64,000 nucleotides of DNA from NCBI GenBank assembly GCA_034530615.2, contig JAVRCV020000071.1:1-64000 (forward strand). The letters are read 5' to 3'. The notes beneath the pieces were generated by a model, which had not been told where the DNA came from, ran no database searches, and saw only the letters and a program-made list of their open reading frames with translations. This stretch comes from Aulosira sp. ZfuVER01. Its GTDB lineage: Bacteria > Cyanobacteriota > Cyanobacteriia > Cyanobacteriales > Nostocaceae. This document shows positions 38,086 through 47,809 of the stretch, piece after piece. Position 1 is the first letter of the stretch, and the number at the start of each line of letters is the position of its first letter. The translations under genes and the position numbers were made by a program.

Positions 38086-39525
38086 GTGAAGTTACAACGA
38101 CCAATTTTAGTGGGAGGATTGGGACTGTCCTTTTCTCTGTGGATGTTAGACAGTTGGCACGATTCTATAGTCCAAGTCAGTGAGTTTGGTTTATTGAGTG
38201 TCTTGGCAGTGGGTGGTGGATTGTGGTTATTTCAGAAAAATCGCCCAAAAGCTAGTTTAGAACAGCTAGATACCATGCTTGTAGAACGGGCAGATGTGGA
38301 AAGTGCGATCGCCAAAGCAGAAACTGTAATTAACCAACTGGCACAAGAAGCAGAAAACCATCCAGCCATAGGGAACTTACGAGAACAAGTTAACCAATTA
38401 CTCTTAGATTTAGATAAGCAAGAAATTAAACTAGCTGTTACTGGTGGCAAATCGGTGGGTAAAACCACTTTGATTGAAGTTTTGAAGTCTAGCTGGCAAG
38501 CTCAAATCAAGCAAAAAGTCAGCTTACACGAGACAGCACCTTTATTTATCAAAGCTAGTGACAAGTCAGATACAGATGTTTTGGCAGAATTACAAAAATC
38601 TGATTTCGTCTTGTTCCTCACAAACGGTGATTTGACAGATTCAGAATTTCAGACTTTACAGCAGCTAAAAGCCACAAATCAGCCGCTTATGCTGGTTTTC
38701 AACAAACAGGATCAGTATTTACCTGATGAACGCGCTAGCATCTTGCTGTCATTGAAACAACGAATACAGGGAAATTTAGTTGCAACGGCAGCGTCTCCCA
38801 TTCCGATTAAAGTCAGAAAACATGAGGCTGAAGGTACTGTACAAGAGTGGTTGGAACAACCAGCACCAGATATCCAGCCTTTGACGCAGCAGCTGAGTGA
38901 AATTTTAGCCCAGCAAGCACAAAAGTTGGTCTGGGCAACAACCTTGAGAAAAGCTAAATTGCTGAAAGCTGAGGCGAAACACTGGCTAAATGATATCAGA
39001 CGCGATCGCGCTACTCCAGCTATAGAACAATATCAGTGGATTGCGGCGGCGGCGGCCTTTGCTAACCCAGTCCCAGCACTTGATGTTTTAGCAACTGCGG
39101 CAATAAATGCTCAGATGGTAATGGATTTAGGTAATATCTATCAGCAGAAATTTTCCTTGGAACAGGCGCAAACCGTAGCTGGAACAATGGGAAGTTTAAT
39201 GCTGAAACTGGGTTTAGTAGAACTTTCTACAAAAGCTGTTAGTACCATTCTCAAAAGTAACGCCGTCACCTTTGTTGCTGGTGGCGTGGTACAGGGGGTA
39301 AGTGCAGCTTATCTTACCAGAGTAGCTGGGTTGAGTCTAATAGAGTATTTCCAACAACAGGAAATAGCCCTAGATTCTGGCAATAACTTGAATTTGGAGA
39401 AGTTGCGGCAAACTTTACAAAATGTCTTCCAGCAAAATCAGCAGATGGCTTTTCTGCAAGGTTTTGTTAAGCAAGGTGTAAAGCGTTTGTTACCAGAAGT
39501 TGCTGTTGAGAAGGTCGTAGGATAG
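38086..39525 (+). CDS. GTPase-like / DUF697 (YcjF-like) membrane protein
   Basis: GGKSVGKT P-loop, NKQD, NPVPALDVLA; GTG start. Confidence 0.85.
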   Translation: MKLQRPILVGGLGLSFSLWMLDSWHDSIVQVSEFGLLSVLAVGGGLWLFQKNRPKASLEQLDTMLVERADVESAIAKAETVINQLAQEAENHPAIGNLREQVNQLLLDLDKQEIKLAVTGGKSVGKTTLIEVLKSSWQAQIKQKVSLHETAPLFIKASDKSDTDVLAELQKSDFVLFLTNGDLTDSEFQTLQQLKATNQPLMLVFNKQDQYLPDERASILLSLKQRIQGNLVATAASPIPIKVRKHEAEGTVQEWLEQPAPDIQPLTQQLSEILAQQAQKLVWATTLRKAKLLKAEAKHWLNDIRRDRATPAIEQYQWIAAAAAFANPVPALDVLATAAINAQMVMDLGNIYQQKFSLEQAQTVAGTMGSLMLKLGLVELSTKAVSTILKSNAVTFVAGGVVQGVSAAYLTRVAGLSLIEYFQQQEIALDSGNNLNLEKLRQTLQNVFQQNQQMAFLQGFVKQGVKRLLPEVAVEKVVG

Positions 39526-39687
39526 TTTCGCGCAAAGGCGTAAAGTTATTCTGAGCGTCTTTGCGTGAAAATAATTTTAATAAATGGGTAATAAAAATTG
39601 CATCAAGGTCAACGAAAAGTTTAGGAATATTTTAAACCTTAGTTTTAATCACTAGGTAGGTATTTTAATTAATTATGTATTGATAAA

Positions 39688-40818
39688 ATGAGTTTTCGTT
39701 CTGCTATATTCTCTTTTTTTGCAGGTTCAGGTTTCCTAGATTTAGGTTTTGAAACTAGCGGTTTTAATATTGTTTATGTCAATGAAATATTTTCCCCATT
39801 CATTGCAGCATACCGCTATTCACGGGAAATTCTCAACCTACCATTGCCTGAATACGGATATCATCAGGGCGAAGCAGCAGACGTAAATAAACTTATAGAA
39901 GGATTCCCAGCCAAACGTCTGAGGGAATTAGTGCAAGACTGCCGTAAATCTTATAATGTTGTTGGCTTTATTGGCGGGCCTCCTTGTCCAGATTTTTCAA
40001 TTGGAGGGAAAAATAAAGGACATTTGGGAGACAATGGTAAACTTTCCGCGTCTTATGTCGAATTAATTTGCCGTAATCTACCAGATTTCTTTTTATTTGA
40101 GAATGTAAAGGGTTTGTGGCGAACGAAAAAACATCGTTTATTTTTTGAATCTTTAAAACAACAATTACAAAATACAGGCTATATATTAACAGAAAGATTA
40201 ATTAATGCTATTGAATACGGTGTACCTCAGGATAGAGAAAGAATTATTCTGATTGGCTTCCGCAATATGTTAATTAAGGAAATTAATAATGAGAATTTCA
40301 TACCTGTAAATGTGTTTCCTTGGAACGATTATATTTTATATCCTCAAGAAAAAGTTTTTGCTTACCCTTGGCGACAGTGCGAGCCATTTCAAGAAAATTC
40401 TATAATTCCTTGTCCTGAAAATATTCCTCGAGAACTCACAGTTGAATACTGGTTTAGAAAAAATAGTGTATTGCAACATCCCAACGCTAGACATTATTTT
40501 AAACCAAGAGCAGCTATGACAAAATTTTCCTCAATTGATGAGGGCGATGATTCTAAAAAGTCATTCAAACGCCTGCATAGATGGCGCTACTCTCCAACTG
40601 CTTGTTATGGTAATAATGAAGTACATTTACACCCCTACAAAGTAAGAAGAATTTCGGTAGCGGAAGCTTTAGCAATTCAATCTTTACCTGCAAATTTTGT
40701 ACTCCCAGAAGATATGTCACTCACCAATATGTTTAAAACTATTGGGAATGGAGTGCCATATTTGGCATCAAAGGCATTAGCTCAAACTATTCTTAACTTC
40801 TTAGTAACTGGTAGCTAA
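39688..40818 (+). CDS. DNA (cytosine-5)-methyltransferase, orphan
   Basis: Motif I FAGSG, IV GPPCPDFS, VI ENVKG, VIII QDRER, X IGNGV. Confidence 0.95.
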   Translation: MSFRSAIFSFFAGSGFLDLGFETSGFNIVYVNEIFSPFIAAYRYSREILNLPLPEYGYHQGEAADVNKLIEGFPAKRLRELVQDCRKSYNVVGFIGGPPCPDFSIGGKNKGHLGDNGKLSASYVELICRNLPDFFLFENVKGLWRTKKHRLFFESLKQQLQNTGYILTERLINAIEYGVPQDRERIILIGFRNMLIKEINNENFIPVNVFPWNDYILYPQEKVFAYPWRQCEPFQENSIIPCPENIPRELTVEYWFRKNSVLQHPNARHYFKPRAAMTKFSSIDEGDDSKKSFKRLHRWRYSPTACYGNNEVHLHPYKVRRISVAEALAIQSLPANFVLPEDMSLTNMFKTIGNGVPYLASKALAQTILNFLVTGS

Positions 40819-41025
40819 AATCCTGTTAAGCGCACTCAAGTTAAAAGTGTCTAATGTTAACTTAAATACGTAAGTGTTTTAGGGCTACCTGCAAAGCTGG
40901 CATCTAAGACCTATTCAGCAGCCTGGTTTTCAGGATAAACTCGTAATAAATGTGGTTTAATATATATATAAGAAATGTTTTAATTTTTTATAAAGATTAA
41001 TAATCAATCATTGGCAAAAGGCACG

Positions 41026-41706
41026 ATGGCAGCAGACTATCCGGACATTGATATTGCGCCATTTATCGATCACGCCCTGTTAACGCCAACGGCTACTCCA
41101 GAGCAGGTTGAGCAATGGTGTGAAGAAGCAGACAGATTTCATTTTGCGGCGGTTTGCCTAAATCCCGCCTATATAAGGCAAGCTACACAACTCCTCCACG
41201 GTAAAAACCCAAAAGTCTGTGCAGTGATTGGCTTTCCTTTAGGGGCTAATACTTCAGCCGTAAAACTTTATGAGGCTCAAGAAGCAGTGGAAAATGGTGC
41301 CACTGAACTGGATGTAGTCATCAACTTGGGCTGGTTGAAAGCTGGCAAAACTGAAGAAGTCCACCGGGAAATTGCTGAAATTTGTGAAGAGACTGGGCAA
41401 TCTGTCAAGGTAATTTTAGAAACGAACTTGTTGACAGATGCGGAAAAGAAACTAGCAGCAGAAATCTCTATGGAAGCAGGAGCCGCATTCTTAAAAACCA
41501 GTACAGGTTGGAATGGGGGCGCTACTGTAGCAGATGTGCGACTTTTAAAGGAGATAGCACGAGAAAGGGTAGGAATTAAGGCCTCAGGTGGTATTCGTAC
41601 TGTTCAGCAAGCACTAGACTTAATCTTGGCGGGTGCTACTAGATTAGGTACATCTCGTAGTGTCGATTTAATCCGCCAGCGCGATAACCTGGAAAAGGTC
41701 GAATAG
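41026..41706 (+). CDS. deoC: Deoxyribose-phosphate aldolase
   Basis: IDHALL, VIGFPLG, KTSTG, KASGGIR, RLGTS. Confidence 0.96.
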   Translation: MAADYPDIDIAPFIDHALLTPTATPEQVEQWCEEADRFHFAAVCLNPAYIRQATQLLHGKNPKVCAVIGFPLGANTSAVKLYEAQEAVENGATELDVVINLGWLKAGKTEEVHREIAEICEETGQSVKVILETNLLTDAEKKLAAEISMEAGAAFLKTSTGWNGGATVADVRLLKEIARERVGIKASGGIRTVQQALDLILAGATRLGTSRSVDLIRQRDNLEKVE

Positions 41707-41858
41707 TCGTTTGTTTTTTGTCATTTTTTGTTTGTTCACACTCAATGGCTAATAACTAATGACCATGATTGATGACTAAATGTATGGGTGGGTTTAACGA
41801 GATATCGCATCTACCCTGAGATTTGCGGGTTTAACCCGCCCTTACGGACTAATGACTA

Positions 41859-42776
41859 ATGACTAGAACTTATCAAGTAACTGGAATCAACCTAAAAACC
41901 CAGGCGCTAGGAGAATCAGATAAAATAGTAACAATTTTGACACGAGAGTTCGGTTTAATCCGAGCAGCTGCTCCTGGGGCACGCAAGCACAATTCTAGCC
42001 TGGGTGGTAGAAGTGGAATGTTTGTAGTCAATGAACTACTGATTGCTAAAGGGCGATCGCTCGATAAAATTACACAAGCACAAACAATCAAAACTTATCC
42101 AGGTCTGACTAAGGATTTAGGAAAATTAGCTGCTAGCCAATATCTAGCAGAGATAGTTCTATGTCAAGCTTTAAGCGAACAACCCCAAGAGGAACTTTAT
42201 GAGCTGCTCAATGAACATCTCAATCGCTTGGAGGCATTATCTAATACCGAAGCGGATATTTTAGCTCATCTTTCTCATGGAGTTTTTCACCTTTTAGCTT
42301 TGGCTGGACTCACACCTCAGGTACAAGTCTGTTGTCTAACACAACGTCCCTTGATACCAAATTTTACAGACCCCCATTGGCAGGTAGGATTTAGCATCTC
42401 TGCTGGTGGAACAGTTTGCTTGGAAACTTGGGCAGAATTGCGACGAGAAAGGGAAAAGGAGAGAAAAATCAATTCTTCCGTTCCGCGATCGCCCCGTTCT
42501 CCCACAACCCCAGCGTCCCCTAGCGCTAGCTACCAAACAGTTGTGCATCAGCAAGAAATACCTGTGATTTCTCAGCGCTTAAATGCTACACAACTTGATA
42601 TACTCCAGCAGCTGTCGCAACCAGAGATAATGCATATTAATGCCGCCAAAGATGATGGCTGGTTATCCGTTGAGCAAATTCTGCGCCAGTATGCTCAGTA
42701 CCATTTGGGTCGTCCAATTCGCTCCGCCACTTTAATTGATTCTTATTTTGCTGCTAACCATGATGCAACCGTCTGA
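41859..42776 (+). CDS. recO: DNA repair protein RecO
   Basis: [18 protein letters not shown]-fold start; C-terminal HLGRPIRS. Confidence 0.93.
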   Translation: MTRTYQVTGINLKTQALGESDKIVTILTREFGLIRAAAPGARKHNSSLGGRSGMFVVNELLIAKGRSLDKITQAQTIKTYPGLTKDLGKLAASQYLAEIVLCQALSEQPQEELYELLNEHLNRLEALSNTEADILAHLSHGVFHLLALAGLTPQVQVCCLTQRPLIPNFTDPHWQVGFSISAGGTVCLETWAELRREREKERKINSSVPRSPRSPTTPASPSASYQTVVHQQEIPVISQRLNATQLDILQQLSQPEIMHINAAKDDGWLSVEQILRQYAQYHLGRPIRSATLIDSYFAANHDATV

Positions 42777-44388
42777 TTTGGATACAAAAATCCTGCCTTT
42801 GTCACCTAGCTACGCCAAAAAACAGAATAGAGCATCAGATTCTACAGCGCCCAATCACTTGAGTGCTGTTCCTAAGTCTCGTCCCAGTCAAATCAATAAC
42901 CACGAAATGTCCTCAAAAGACATTTCTCAAAATCATAAAAATTGGATAGCAGAAAAATCAAACTCTCATGCCACTGAGGAACCTAACAAACAATTAGCAG
43001 ACAAATCAACTAAGACTGAGGCTAATGGCCCAGCAGCTATTACCTCAGAAAAAGATCTGCCAGGTGTTAAGGGGCCTGATTCAGGTAAAGATGAACAATC
43101 AAGTGATGTTCACCAGAAGGGGTTTTTACCTGTATTAAAAAACCCCAATTTCTTAGCTCTTTGGGGTGGTCAAGTTTTTTGCCAACTAGCAGATAAAGTT
43201 TATCTGGTGCTGATGATTGGCTTGATTAACACTCAGTTTCAAGCCAGTCATCAAAGCATTAGTGGTTGGGTATCAGCTTTAATGATGGCTTTTACAATTC
43301 CCGCCGTACTATTTGGTTCCGTGGCTGGTGTGTTTGTAGATCGCTGGTCAAAAAAGACGGTATTAGTGGCTACGAATGTTTGGCGGGGAATTTTGGTGTT
43401 GGCTATTCCTTTACTTTTATGGTTGACTCATGATTGGAAACCAATAGGAATGTTGCCAGTAGGTTTTTTGATCATTTTGGGCGTGACTTTTTTAGTCTCC
43501 ACCCTCACACAGTTTTTTGCACCAGCAGAACAAACAGCAATTCCTTTGGTGGTGGAAGAGCAGCATTTACTCTCAGCTAACTCCCTGTACACAACAACAA
43601 TGATGGCATCAGTGATTGTTGGCTTTGCTGTCGGGGAACCACTGTTAGCGATCGCGGATCAACTGTGGTTGCAACTGGGTGCAAGTGGCGGATTGGGTAA
43701 GGAAATTGTGGTAGGTGGAAGTTATGCGATCGCTGGGCTAATTTTGAGTTTTCTGGTAACTAACGAAAAACCCCACGATTCAGCAACAGAATTTCCTCAT
43801 GTTTTCTCCGATCTGCGTGATGGACTGCGCTATCTCAAAGACAATCATCGTGTTCGCAGTGCTTTAGTGCAACTGATCATTTTGTTTTCCATCTTTGCAG
43901 CATTAACTGTTCTAGCTGTACGGATGGCAGAAATAATTCCTCACTTGAAAGCCTCTCAATTTGGCTTTTTATTAGCAGCTGGTGGTGTTGGTATCGCGGC
44001 TGGGGCGACAATTCTTGGTCAATTTGGTCAACGCTTCTCTTACACTGGCCTCAGTCTGTGTGGTTGTCTTGGCATGGCAGCTTCCCTAATTGGTTTATCC
44101 ATATTCACAACACAGCTATGGATTGTGCTTTTGTTAGTAGCATTGTTGGGTGTATTTGGCGCATTAGTGGGAATACCCATGCAAACTACAATTCAAACAG
44201 AAACCCCAGCAGAAATGCGGGGTAAAGTCTTTGGTCTGCAAAACAATGTGATTAATATCGCCCTTTCATTACCTTTAGCATTAGCGGGTGTCGCTGAAAC
44301 CTTTATTGGATTACAGGCAGTGTTTTTGGCATTAGCTGTAATTGTCTTTTTTGGCGGTATCTTCACCTGGTATACCTCTCATAGATAG
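42760..44388 (+). CDS. MFS transporter with long hydrophilic N-terminus
   Basis: Motif [11 protein letters not shown]; multiple TM; RGKVFG. Confidence 0.9.
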   Translation: MMQPSDLDTKILPLSPSYAKKQNRASDSTAPNHLSAVPKSRPSQINNHEMSSKDISQNHKNWIAEKSNSHATEEPNKQLADKSTKTEANGPAAITSEKDLPGVKGPDSGKDEQSSDVHQKGFLPVLKNPNFLALWGGQVFCQLADKVYLVLMIGLINTQFQASHQSISGWVSALMMAFTIPAVLFGSVAGVFVDRWSKKTVLVATNVWRGILVLAIPLLLWLTHDWKPIGMLPVGFLIILGVTFLVSTLTQFFAPAEQTAIPLVVEEQHLLSANSLYTTTMMASVIVGFAVGEPLLAIADQLWLQLGASGGLGKEIVVGGSYAIAGLILSFLVTNEKPHDSATEFPHVFSDLRDGLRYLKDNHRVRSALVQLIILFSIFAALTVLAVRMAEIIPHLKASQFGFLLAAGGVGIAAGATILGQFGQRFSYTGLSLCGCLGMAASLIGLSIFTTQLWIVLLLVALLGVFGALVGIPMQTTIQTETPAEMRGKVFGLQNNVINIALSLPLALAGVAETFIGLQAVFLALAVIVFFGGIFTWYTSHR

Positions 44389-44729
44389 TTATCCGATACA
44401 AGCAGCTATTCATCATTACCTTGACATAATTGATGATTTACTGAAAGCTGGATTTTTCGTGATAGACTGATTTCAGCAATCATTTACCATAAGCTTTGCT
44501 AGGAATCGTTAGTATTCCTGGCTGGATAAGTTGTTATTAACTCCTATTTATTAACAGCTTATTAAGTAGAATAACTAATTGAATTAAGCATAAAAACTGG
44601 CTATTTTCTAGAAATAAAACATAGAGTTTTATGATAACTAAACAGTCAGTGATGATAACAGGGTAAAGGCAAAAAAAAAAGGAAATAAAATTAAATATCA
44701 AACCCGCTGTTCTTATAACTGAATAAAGA

Positions 44730-45878
44730 ATGCGTATAGCCTGGATTGGAAAAAAATCACCCTTTTGTGGCAATGTCACCTACAGTCGAGAAATTACAAA
44801 TGCCTTGCTAGACCGAGGGCATGAAGTTAGCTTTCTCCACTTTGCCCAAGAAGAATCTGAACCTGATAACTGGCCAAAATTCCAAGAAGTTCCCTTACCC
44901 TTCATTTACAAGTCCCAGGTTTACACAATTCCCACTTTTAAAGCAACCAAAGTATTAACTGATTCGTTGCGGGAAATCAAACCAGATATCGTCCACGCTT
45001 CCTTGACTTTATCTCCCCTGGACTTTATTCTTCCAGAAATTTGTGAGCAACTAAATTTGCCCCTAATTGCGACATTCCACACACCATTTGCTGGTAAAGG
45101 GGCAAAACTCATCTCTGGAACACAGCTTTTGGCTTATCAGCTGTATGCACCTTTTTTGGTTAACTACGATCGCGTCATTGTATTTTCCCAAATTCAGCGA
45201 GATTTATTGGCGCGGATGGGCGTGAGGGAAGAGAATGTCGCCGTTATTCCCAACGGAGTCGATATTACCAAATATTCTCCAGGGCCTTCTCAAGTCAAAG
45301 CCGAATTTCAAGCCGAACGCTTATTTGTCTATCAAGGGCGGATAGCGCCGGAAAAAAATGTTGAACCACTGCTACGTGCTTGGAAGCAGTCGTCAATGGA
45401 ACCCGATAGCAAGTTGCTAATTGTTGGCGATGGGCCTTTGAAGACTTCTTTACAACCGTTTTATGGTACAGATGAAGGAATTATCTGGTTAGGATTTATT
45501 GCCGATGAAAATCGGCGCGTCGAAATTCTGCGGGGAGCAGATGTATTTATTTTGCCTTCGTTGGTAGAAGGGTTATCTTTATCTCTATTAGAAGCAATGG
45601 CATCTGGACTGGCTTGTTTAGCCACAGATGTGGGTGCAGATGGAGAAGTATTGGAAAAAGGTGCAGGGGTAGTTTTAAATACTAAGACAGTGCGATCGCA
45701 ATTACGAACCCTCTTGCCACTATTCCAAGACCATCCTGAGTTAACAACCGTATTGGGGCAGAAAGCTAGAAAGCGTGTACTAGAACGCTACACCCTCAGT
45801 AATAACATTACTCAGCTAGAACAGTTGTATCGCGAAGTTTTACTACAGCGACCTTTACCTTTAAGTCATAGATTATAA
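44730..45878 (+). CDS. dgdA: GT4 glycosyltransferase, probable digalactosyldiacylglycerol synthase
   Basis: N-terminus RIAWIGKKSPFCGNVTY as recalled for cyanobacterial DgdA/Ycf82; EGLSLSLLEAMA; conserved recO-MFS-dgdA order. Confidence 0.82.
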   Translation: MRIAWIGKKSPFCGNVTYSREITNALLDRGHEVSFLHFAQEESEPDNWPKFQEVPLPFIYKSQVYTIPTFKATKVLTDSLREIKPDIVHASLTLSPLDFILPEICEQLNLPLIATFHTPFAGKGAKLISGTQLLAYQLYAPFLVNYDRVIVFSQIQRDLLARMGVREENVAVIPNGVDITKYSPGPSQVKAEFQAERLFVYQGRIAPEKNVEPLLRAWKQSSMEPDSKLLIVGDGPLKTSLQPFYGTDEGIIWLGFIADENRRVEILRGADVFILPSLVEGLSLSLLEAMASGLACLATDVGADGEVLEKGAGVVLNTKTVRSQLRTLLPLFQDHPELTTVLGQKARKRVLERYTLSNNITQLEQLYREVLLQRPLPLSHRL

Positions 45879-46020
45879 GCAAGAGTTCTGCTTGAAATTT
45901 TGGTTAGCTGCACTGAATTTGAGAGCATAGAAGGGTGCAGCTAATCGGTGCTATTGTCTTACTCACTGTAGGATCTTGAAACAGCAAAGCTGGAAGATGA
46001 AGTGATGAAGGTAATTTGCA

Positions 46021-46185
46021 ATGCCGAAGAAGAAATCACCGATTCTTGAAGCCGTTCCCAAAACGGCTACGGGGTTGCATAAGGCTGGACTGATTGATCA
46101 GACTACATTGCGTGAATTCGACCGCCTGTGTTTGTCTGTGATTGAACCGTTAGAATCTAGATTAAGAGGTTTAGAAGAGAGCTAA
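46021..46185 (+). pseudogene. Truncated Xre/HigA-2-type antitoxin lacking the HTH
   Basis: Manual translation MPKKKSPILEAVPKTATGLHKAGLIDQTTLREFDRLCL...*; matches the N-terminal GLHxAG..TxREFDxLCL pattern and stops at 54 aa. Confidence 0.65.
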
Positions 46186-46240
46186 TTTGTGGAGTGCGAT
46201 CGCGCTGGAACTTCCAAAAGGTGACAATGAATTATGAGAA

Positions 46241-46540
46241 ATGCACGTCATTAGCTATCGAATTTTAAGAGAATATACTGTAAGTTACGCTGATTGCCGT
46301 GACACTATTGATAACTGGTATAAAGTTGCTAGCAAGGCAGATTGGTCTAATTTAATTGAGGTACAATCAGTTTTTCCGAAAGCAGAAGCGGTTGGTAATT
46401 TTACTATTTTCAATATTAAGGGTAATAAATATCGCTTAATTGTGAGTATAGATTATGAAAAACAATTAATTTATATCAAATATATCCTTACCCATGCTGA
46501 ATATGATAAGGAGGAATGGAAAAATGACCCTTACTTTTAA
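46241..46540 (+). CDS. higB: Type II TA toxin HigB
   Basis: MHVISYRIL, FNIKGNKYRLI, THAEYDK. Confidence 0.93.
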   Translation: MHVISYRILREYTVSYADCRDTIDNWYKVASKADWSNLIEVQSVFPKAEAVGNFTIFNIKGNKYRLIVSIDYEKQLIYIKYILTHAEYDKEEWKNDPYF

Positions 46541-46925
46541 TTCAGATAAATATAAAGAGTTACTATCTCAGTATCAGCCAAAATTGATTAGGAATGAAGA
46601 AGAGAATAAAAAAGCTTTAGCTATTGTAGAAGAATTAATGCACCGATCTAACCGCAGCCCTGAAGAAGATGAACTTTATGAGTTGCTAATTCTTTTAATT
46701 GAAAAGTTTGAGCAAGAATACTATTCGCCAGGGAAAGCATCTCAGCCTGATTCTATATTGCGTTTTTTGATGGAGCAAAGGGATATAAAAGAATCAGATT
46801 TGGTTGGTGTTATTGGTTCTCAAAAGATTGTTTCGGAAGTGATTAATGGACAGCAAGAAATCAGCAAAGCTCAAGCTAAGGCTTTGGGTGAATTTTTCCT
46901 GGTTGATCCTGGTTTGTTTATTTGA
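46524..46925 (+). CDS. higA: Type II TA antitoxin HigA (HTH)
   Basis: LIEKFE, LRFLMEQR, VSEVINGQ HTH; overlaps the toxin stop. Confidence 0.9.
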   Translation: MTLTFNSDKYKELLSQYQPKLIRNEEENKKALAIVEELMHRSNRSPEEDELYELLILLIEKFEQEYYSPGKASQPDSILRFLMEQRDIKESDLVGVIGSQKIVSEVINGQQEISKAQAKALGEFFLVDPGLFI

Positions 46926-46942
46926 TGTATGACCACAAAAGT

Positions 46943-46971
46943 GCGTAGGCGTAGCCCGTCGTAGACATCGC
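46943..46971. repeat. SDR1-type 21-nt insertion in a HIP1 octamer
   Basis: GCG + TAGGCGTAGCCCGTCGTAGAC (21 nt) + ATCGC restores GCGATCGC when removed. Confidence 0.85.
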
Positions 46972-47118
46972 CTCACTGTCTATGCCGGAGAATATAATCA
47001 GCAACAGGCAATTTCAGCAAGCCAGCAGATTCGTTTAGCTAAGTTGCTGTAACTACAAGATTTAACGCGCATTATTTCTGTAAGAAAGGCAACCAAATAT
47101 GAGCAACGAATCTATTTA

Positions 47119-47680
47119 GGGCTTGCTGAAAAAGTCAGAAAAAAGGAATTTTAAGGGTTGACTAGTTATTGGGACTCAGTCAAGGATAAGTGTTTATTGA
47201 CTATAAATATTTCAACTATAAACTGCAATTATATTAGACGGGAAAAAAGGTGTGGTTTTCAAAAATAGACATAAAAAAGCGTAAAAAAGCCGTGACAAGT
47301 GAGTAGAAAGATTCATCACTAAAAAAGTAATAGCAATTGCAGTCACAGAGGTATGAGACAGTTTAGCCATCACTCTACCAAGGCTAAATCGTCTTTTAGC
47401 TTGTTTGCGTCAAATTCCACCGACTTCCCAGCTTTACCTCGGACAATGGGACGAATATATGGTTGGCTTAAACTCACGATCCGGTCATCAATGCTTTGCT
47501 TTTTATTTTCATATAACCATAGTTGTTGACGATAAATTTCTCCAACAACTAACAACATTTTTTTTATATTGTCTCTTACTTAATGGTTCTAGGCTGGCTC
47601 CTGCAATGATTAGCTGGTCAATATGCGAGAAATTTCTTTTGATATATTGGAGTTGTTTTTTTATCACTTTTCTCTTTTTA
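47119..47680 (-). mobile_element. IS5-family insertion sequence remnant (internally deleted transposase and one terminal IR)
   Basis: KKQLQYIKRN...RIVSLSQPYIRPIVRGKAGKSVEF joined out of frame to KRRFSLGRVMAKLSHTS..IAITFLVMNL; end GGGCTTGCTGAAAAAGTC at 47119. Confidence 0.85.
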
Positions 47681-47809
47681 TCTGTTGATAGATTGGCTCA
47701 TCTGAAAAACTTGAATGGATAGCAGTTGATGCTTAGTTGAGTCGTTGGGGCGAGCAGTTGAGTAAGTTCTTCATTGATAAGACTTTAGGCTTTACTCTAG
47801 CTTCAATAG

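Noticed and set aside
47012..47023. 12-bp reverse-complement match to the IS5 end
   Set aside because: Short, oriented away from the remnant, no associated transposase sequence
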